Assembly (NCBI GenBank): GCA_010909165.1 | Contig: MU008151.1 | Span: 1,184,391-1,214,835 of the forward strand | Origin: Anthoceros angustus | Taxonomy: Eukaryota > Plantae > Anthocerotophyta | Direction of reading: 5' to 3' | DNA: 30,445 nucleotides | Part shown: positions 24,871 to 30,445 of the stretch, piece after piece | How the letters are laid out: every line of letters starts with the position of its first letter | How positions within the stretch are numbered: position 1 is the first letter of the stretch | Made by a program: the position numbers and the translations under genes | The notes under the pieces: model-generated | Databases searched by the model: none | What the model was told of the DNA's origin: nothing | The model's input: the letters and a program-made list of their open reading frames with translations, nothing else

Positions 24871-25279
24871 CTATATCGGTATTTACTCTTCATTAGTTGA
24901 ATTCAGATTTCATGCACGGATATACAGGAAACTCGCAAAGAAAAGGGTTCTTTGTTGGTTTTTGTATATCCCGGATCCGCATGAATATTATTTAATGAAA
25001 ATGTTTTTGTCGATTAGCGATTTTGGTGGGATTACTAGAATGAGCTTACTAGACGAGGTTTCACTTGGTCGTCATGTTTTCTACTCTAGTGCTCTGTTTT
25101 CCACCTTGATGGTAGATCATATTCACCCCACTTGGCATGTTTTCTACTATATTGTAATGAATTTTACTATCCGGTAAAATAATGGCCAAAAGGTCGATTC
25201 TCTCTAAAATTCACCGCACTACCCCGAAAAGAAACCAACGGGCGCGTCGAGGCCCCGAGACGAGGCCGCGATTTCTAGA

Positions 25280-25440
25280 CCGGCGTTATTGACTTCAACG
25301 TGCATCACATCCTTGAGCCATAGCTTATGGATGGATGCGAGGTCAAACCACAAAGAAAGTGATTTCCGCTTCACGCCCCACATATGACCGTCTGCATTGC
25401 CTTGGCTGACAGCTACAACATATGCATTCATCTCATCGAG
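25280..25440 (+). repeat. Right copy of the ~160 bp direct duplication flanking the recombinase insert
   Basis: Matches 20332-20491 with a ~57-bp exact stretch and a divergent patch in the middle. Confidence 0.93.
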
Positions 25441-26910
25441 GACGTCTTGCACAGACCGTTGTGGCGGTCTTGGTCTCAATTCCATGTCATTGTTGAAGAA
25501 TTCAATATCTTCTCGCCGAAGATCGTCAGGCAATGAACACCATCGCCGATGCCCGTCACAAATAACCTTGTCCAGCCCTTGGGACCATCGGGCTTCTAAG
25601 CCTCGCCCACAACATAAGTACCCACGCATTTGTAATCAAGAGGCTCCCAAGACCGGGATAATCACATATTGCATTGACCGGTTCCACGCATGTTGAAAAC
25701 ACGGTCGGTGCCCTAGGCTTGGAGTGATCGACCACGGGGTTCCATTCCGCTGCCGAGCTCTTCCAAAGAAAGGCTCCAAAACACGCCCATGCTGCCAACC
25801 TGCTTGGGGGTACTATGATAGGCATGAGAATCGATGTCGCTTGGTCCCAACCCATGGGGGTATATTGTGGATTATGAGTAGAAGGCGACATCAGACAATG
25901 AGGACTCGTGGACCGGATGGATTTATCCCACAAGACAAATGGCAAGCGAATGTTCCGTCCTCGCGGCCAAACCCATCCACTCCATCAAGCTTTTTCCAAG
26001 CCGGAGTGTCACCAGATGCGATTTTCCCGTCCACACTGGGGATGCCCACCAAGTGAGCTCGCCATTTGACGAAAAGAGCCTGCAGCGCTCAGAGGAAGTG
26101 CCACATTGTCTTCGAGGAACTGTTGCCAGAGACACCTTGCTGGAAGCGCGGCTCACCACAAAACCGGCAGGCCTCCCAGACGCTCCCGAAATAGGCAGCA
26201 TTACGCTAGTCGATCCACACGGACCAACCCGCATGAGGTTCTGCCGAGCCTCCTGGTGGCTACCGGGCATGGAATTTCCCGGAGGCAGGAGAGTGGAGGA
26301 GAGGATGGCAAATATTGCTGACATTGCTGAATCGGAGATACGAAAGCGCTCTTGTATGAACAAGAGCGCAAGGATTCCGCTCAGCCTGCTCTGCTGAGAT
26401 TTTGCAGGCATGGTGCATTCCCACAATGGAATGCTTGCCTCCTGCTCTAGTGCGATGAGCGATTCCGATGCTAGGATCACGGAGATAGGGTGGGAAGGGC
26501 CCGTCTCCTCCACCATCGTGGCCATAGCCGGTATCGCCGCCTGTAAGTGGCGTCCATCGCTACATCGGACACAAACTCGCGGAATGTTGGCGTGGGCCAC
26601 ATCCAGATCTCGCGCGCTTCATCGTGCCAGCGTATAGCGGTGGAGAGGCCTGATCGAAGGAGCTACACACACAAGCAGCTGGAAGTCAATGATGAACATA
26701 GCCCTTACTGCCGGACTTCAACCCCAATCCGCTGCCAGAAAACAAGGCTCGAACACCCTTTGCCTCACCTATGCGCGTAGCCGTGCATGATGGATGACAT
26801 GCCTCCTCGAGATGTCGGCGCGAGCTTTCCGATTTCGTGGCTTGCAAGCAGGGCAAGGGCAAGGGATTTCTGGGATGTCTTTGTTTGATCGGGGAGCGGA
26901 CATGGCGTCG
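25280..26910 (-). pseudogene. CACTA TnpD-like (Tnp2/Transposase_21) transposase, 5' part
   Basis: IPCPCPACK..RRHVIHH (transposase-associated motif), SRLSGILALL..SDSAMSAIFAILSSTLLPPGNSMPGSHQEARQNL, DTPAWKKLD, ICDYPGLGSL, GHRRW, WGVKRKS..DVMHVEVNN (cf. conserved DVMHIEKN). Confidence 0.9.
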
Positions 26911-27354
26911 GAGAAGGGTGTGGAAGCGCTAGGCGCTGCTATCCCAAAAGCAGGGGCCCAGCTGGATGATGTTGCGAGTCCACGCCAGGTTGCACACTCA
27001 TTCTCACCAATCCTCCCCAACGGTCACGCCGCCTATCGACAAGGGTGCCCGTTGGTCCGAACGGTTTGGCTCCTGAGCATGCCGCTGGTCTTGCCCTGTC
27101 ATGTTATTCCGGCTACACGGGTTTCGTGTACCCTCGACATGGTGACCGGACTTGAGCGGTGAAAGACGTAGGGTGAAACGCACAGCGTCGGCGTCGTTTG
27201 CGAGGAGAGACAAGCTCGCAGGACGTATCAAATGCTGAAGTTTGTCTTAACTAAAAAACGCAGTTAAAACGTCCTCTCAAGCATGTCATGTACCACGTCT
27301 TATTGCCCGTCAAATTGTAGTAGTGACGAGGACTAACGTGTGATTGTGTCTTAG

Positions 27355-29470
27355 GTTGGGTTTTGTCGCCAGTGACCAGGAGGTGGGAAGCTTTGAGGAT
27401 TGCCAACGCTGGAAATGGGAAGTAATTGCCTCTTCTAGCAGCCTTTTGGAGTAAGAAGGCACCATGCCTTGAGCAGGAAAAGGCAAGGGGAAGGAACCGC
27501 CTGTCAAGGGCTCCTCCTCGCGAGGCGGGAAAGGAAAGAAGGCAGCAGCGGAGGCCGCGCCACCAGGAGGGGGCGAAGTCGAGATGCCCCAATTCACTTG
27601 TTTTGCAGCGCGATTTGGTTGATTTTACCGGCAATGGGGAGGAGGATAACATCCAATTGGGATGGGTGTATGGCCGCCAATGGGCCTACACCAATTTGGA
27701 GTTGATTGAGGAGTGCTTCATCAATCTCCATCAATCGAGGCAGCCTTGCCGCAGACGGAAAGGAATGCTCGAACGGATCCTCGCCGGACCGTAAGGAGCA
27801 TTCGATGTGTATGGAGACCGGAGGAGGAGAGCTCGAATTGCTCTCTCGAGAGGACGAATGGAGGAAAGAGGACGCCCTCCGAAATTCCGCAGAGCTCCTC
27901 GACATGATGGACGGAGGAGTGAAGGCCCATGCCAAGAATGGCTGGAAAAAGAGCATCAAGGAGTCAAGTGGAGGCTCTTGCTAAGATTGTGTTGGGTGAA
28001 TTACCAAAGAACTTCAGCACCAACTTCCTCCAGTTTTTGTGGAAGATTTCAATGGGAGCCAAGCCAGATTGGGGCACCATCATGTATGAGGCCTACATCC
28101 ACCACCGGAGAAGCTCCTCAAGCCAAATTGTGGATGAGGAAGGCCAAGGCCTGCTACCTTAGCACCTATTTGGTGCATTTGTGGGAAACGGAGGGACTTC
28201 TCACAAGCAAGGAGTTGGAAGATGCTTGGCATCCTTCTGAGATAATTCATCTCCAGCCCAAGCTTGGAAAGGCCTTGCCTTTGCATTGAGGAAGACAAGG
28301 GAGGTCGACTCCACAAGCATGCTAGGAGCAAGGGGAGGATGTAGAGGCAACAAGGTTGCCGAGTGGGAAGCTTTTCCCCACAAGAGCAAGGGGAGGAGAG
28401 AACAGTGAACCGCCGAGGAAGGCCGAATGGTAGTCTATGAGAGGAGGACTACCACGTGAGGGGTGATCCCCAAGGGTGGGGGAGTCCCCACCATCTCATT
28501 TGTGCCTAGAGAGAGGCACCAGCCTACCCCAGAGGGGAGGCACCACCCAAGGGTGGATCATAGGCGCCACCCCACCACTGGTAGGTAGGCGACTACCGCT
28601 GGAGCAGCCACGCCGGGTAGGGCAAGCACCCCACGCCCGGTAGGCTGTAGGGAAGGGAAGGAGAAGAGCTGGGTGCGGGGCCGCCACCACCCGCCGAGAG
28701 GAAGGGCGGATGGGGCGACGGTGAGAGGACCCCCACCGCCGCGCGATGGTCCGAGGAGCGCAAGGGAAAAGCAAGAAGGCGCAGGGTGGAATTAGGACCC
28801 CTAGGAGAATTGCTGAGTGCTTGTGAGACACTCACCGCTGTGAATTTGAAGGGGCTAGGGAGCCAGCACCTTGTGGGCAAGTCGAGGAAGTCAAGGCCCA
28901 AGAAATGACGAGAGGAGAGCAGGACTAAATGGCAAAGCCATGGAGTCCGACGAGCCCAAGCCGAGAAGGTGGAAAAACTCCGCTGGATCTCGTGGACCAG
29001 CGGAGAGGAGAAGGTCCTAGAGGGAGGTTGTCAGATCGAGGAGAGCCATTCAACAACCCAACGGGATTCGTGGAGGCAAGGAGCATTTTGCCCGCCTAGA
29101 GCGAGAGAAAGGGCAAAACAGAGGCCCTAGGAAGGAGAAGGTGGCGATCCAACAAATGGATGCATTAAGAGCTGTGATGGCTACCCAAGCCATCAAGATC
29201 CGGACATGGAAGAGGAATTGGAAGGACCCGGCTCAATTTGAAGAGAAGCTGAGCTAAAGGCTCAAGATCACAGGCAAGAGCTAGAGCGCCGAGGGAAGTG
29301 AGTGGCAAGTGGAGAAGGAGAGACTTGCCAAGCAAGGGCTAAGCTTGAACAAAGGAGGTTCCAGAGGAAGAGCACCACAAGAAGGTGGTGCAGGATGCCG
29401 CAGTGAGGAGATTTTGGCGTATTACGCCGGGAAAGCCAATCCACCAAGGACACGCCACTATTCCAGTGAG
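27355..29470 (+). pseudogene. Accessory ORF between integrase and 3' LTR of the gypsy element (Athila env-like position)
   Basis: Cross-frame protein-like sequence: QLGWVYGRQWAYTNLELIEECFINL..KNGWKK..KWRLLAKIVL..NFSTNFLQFLWKISMGAKPDWGTIMYEAY..CYLSTYLVHLWETEGLLTSKELEDAW. A low-complexity linker and a coiled-coil tail follow. Confidence 0.55.
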
Positions 29471-29650
29471 GACTAGGTATGGTCAAAGACCATAAATGCC
29501 GAGTAGGAGAATAGAAAGGATAAGTGGTGTAGATCGACATCCTTTAAGGATGATCTTAGGTGAAGTTACTAGAATAGAATTTACCAAGGATCATAATGGA
29601 TTTAGGTGCCGTGCATTAAATGCGGTAGGAAATAATAGAATATTGGAAAG

Positions 29651-30445
29651 GTGACCGCAGAGGGTCACCTAAGGGAGGTTGTATGGGAAGCCTCCTAAGA
29701 GGAGGAGGATTTCACAAAGTAAAGTATCACGCCTTGCGCCATACTCGAGTCCTTTGCCCTTGTAAAGGAATTTCTGCCGTGTGAGCCAACGCACACCGGG
29801 TAGAGAGGAAGTCGCGTGGTCGGAGTGCTTGGTGGAGGCTTGCTCACCGCAAGCGCCTAAACGAGTGTTCCCCTTGTGAATGGTTGCTGTGAAATTGCTT
29901 TGCTTTGGGTGTGTGGCAATGCCTGTGGAACTCTCTTGAGGGTAGACTACAGGAAAGACTCCCGGAGGTTCTCGCTGTTTGGTGTCAAACTCATAGCAAC
30001 CGCCCAAGGAAGAACTTGCTAGTGGAGGCCGACTGTGGTTGCCAGCCGTAAGGGCGAAAGCCAGAAGCCCGAATCGAGGTTAGAATAGGAGGAAGAGGAT
30101 GAGGAGATGAGTAGAGGAATAGAGTGTAGGCGTGAAGGAAGGCCTGCAGAGCCTAAGGGACGAATCCCAAATCTGCAAGTAAAAGAGCGCTCCCGAGTGG
30201 AGAAGAGTGGTCTTAGAAGTAGGAGTTGCGGTGTGGACTGGGGTCCTCGGGCGCCCGTGATAGGCTCCCTCGCCAGGACTCGCAATTGTGTGTCGTTGTA
30301 GGTCGAGGATTGGTGATTTTTCGGGGCACCGGCCGTAATAGGGAGAGTAGAGGCGCCTTGCTTGTTTAGAAGGCTGAGAAGTGTGTCACGCAGTAGCGAC
30401 CGTCATCACAAGACCTCGAACTTTCACACAAGTCTCATGGGACTA
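29651..30445 (+). mobile_element. Candidate polypurine tract and 3' LTR of the gypsy element (end not defined)
   Basis: A hairpin AGGTGACC..GGTCACCT is followed by AAGGGAGG (29671-29678) and TGTATGGG at 29680, then non-coding sequence. No 5' LTR is present in the window to confirm it. Confidence 0.45.

Larger units (their letters stand above)
20492..25279 (+). mobile_element. Crypton-like tyrosine-recombinase element inserted in the CACTA transposase
   Basis: Abrupt switch to T-rich sequence between the duplicated flanks. Contains a spliced YR gene in the opposite orientation to the CACTA genes. No RT, LTR or TIR was seen. Confidence 0.75.
15056..27325 (-). mobile_element. Full-length CACTA (En/Spm) DNA transposon, 12,270 bp including the nested insert
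   Basis: Left end CACTACTACAAAA at 15056 and right end TTGTAGTAGTG at 27315-27325 (11-bp perfect TIR). 3-bp TSD ACG at 15053-15055 and 27326-27328. AGACG/CGTCT subterminal motifs occur near both ends. Transposase genes are on the minus strand. Confidence 0.95.
8790..30445 (+). mobile_element. Ty3/gypsy LTR retrotransposon (non-chromovirus, Athila-like), 5'-truncated, interrupted by the CACTA element at 15056-27325
   Basis: Domain order gag-PR-RT-RH-INT, no chromodomain, an extra ORF after pol, and a candidate PPT/LTR at ~29671. Continuity across the CACTA is supported by the ACG TSD. Confidence 0.8.

Noticed and set aside
24779-25177. 132-aa hydrophobic ORF resembling a membrane protein
   Set aside because: It starts inside a T-rich intron (24769-24848), so the hydrophobicity is compositional.
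20492-25279. Interpretation as a DIRS retrotransposon or a prophage/bacterial integrase
   Set aside because: No RT/RNaseH or split repeats are present. Spliceosomal introns and Crypton-type motifs indicate a eukaryotic DNA element.

Overview
This is eukaryotic, repeat-dominated DNA, most likely from a land plant. The PLS-type PPR fragments read fern/lycophyte-like (inference). No intact host gene is present. Nearly every reading frame is broken by many 1-3 bp deletions, so the ORF track is mostly noise and proteins had to be read across frames. From left to right: (1) 146-7807 holds a fragmented PLS-class pentatricopeptide-repeat (PPR) pseudogene, partly triplicated in ~0.7-1.8 kb blocks that each carry an AT-rich module with a perfect hairpin. 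An unclassified ~2.5 kb block lies at 2708-5186. (2) ~8790-30445 is a 5'-truncated Ty3/gypsy LTR retrotransposon (non-chromovirus, Athila-like) with gag-PR-RT-RH-INT, an extra 3' ORF and a probable PPT/3' LTR. (3) Nested in it is a complete 12.27 kb CACTA (En/Spm) transposon, 15056-27325, with CACTACTACAA termini and a 3-bp ACG target-site duplication. (4) Nested in the CACTA transposase is a ~4.8 kb insert (~20492-25279) encoding a spliced Crypton/DUF3504-type tyrosine recombinase plus a spliced coiled-coil ORF, flanked by an unusually long (~160 bp) direct duplication of the target. This plant Crypton-like element is the most interesting object in the window.
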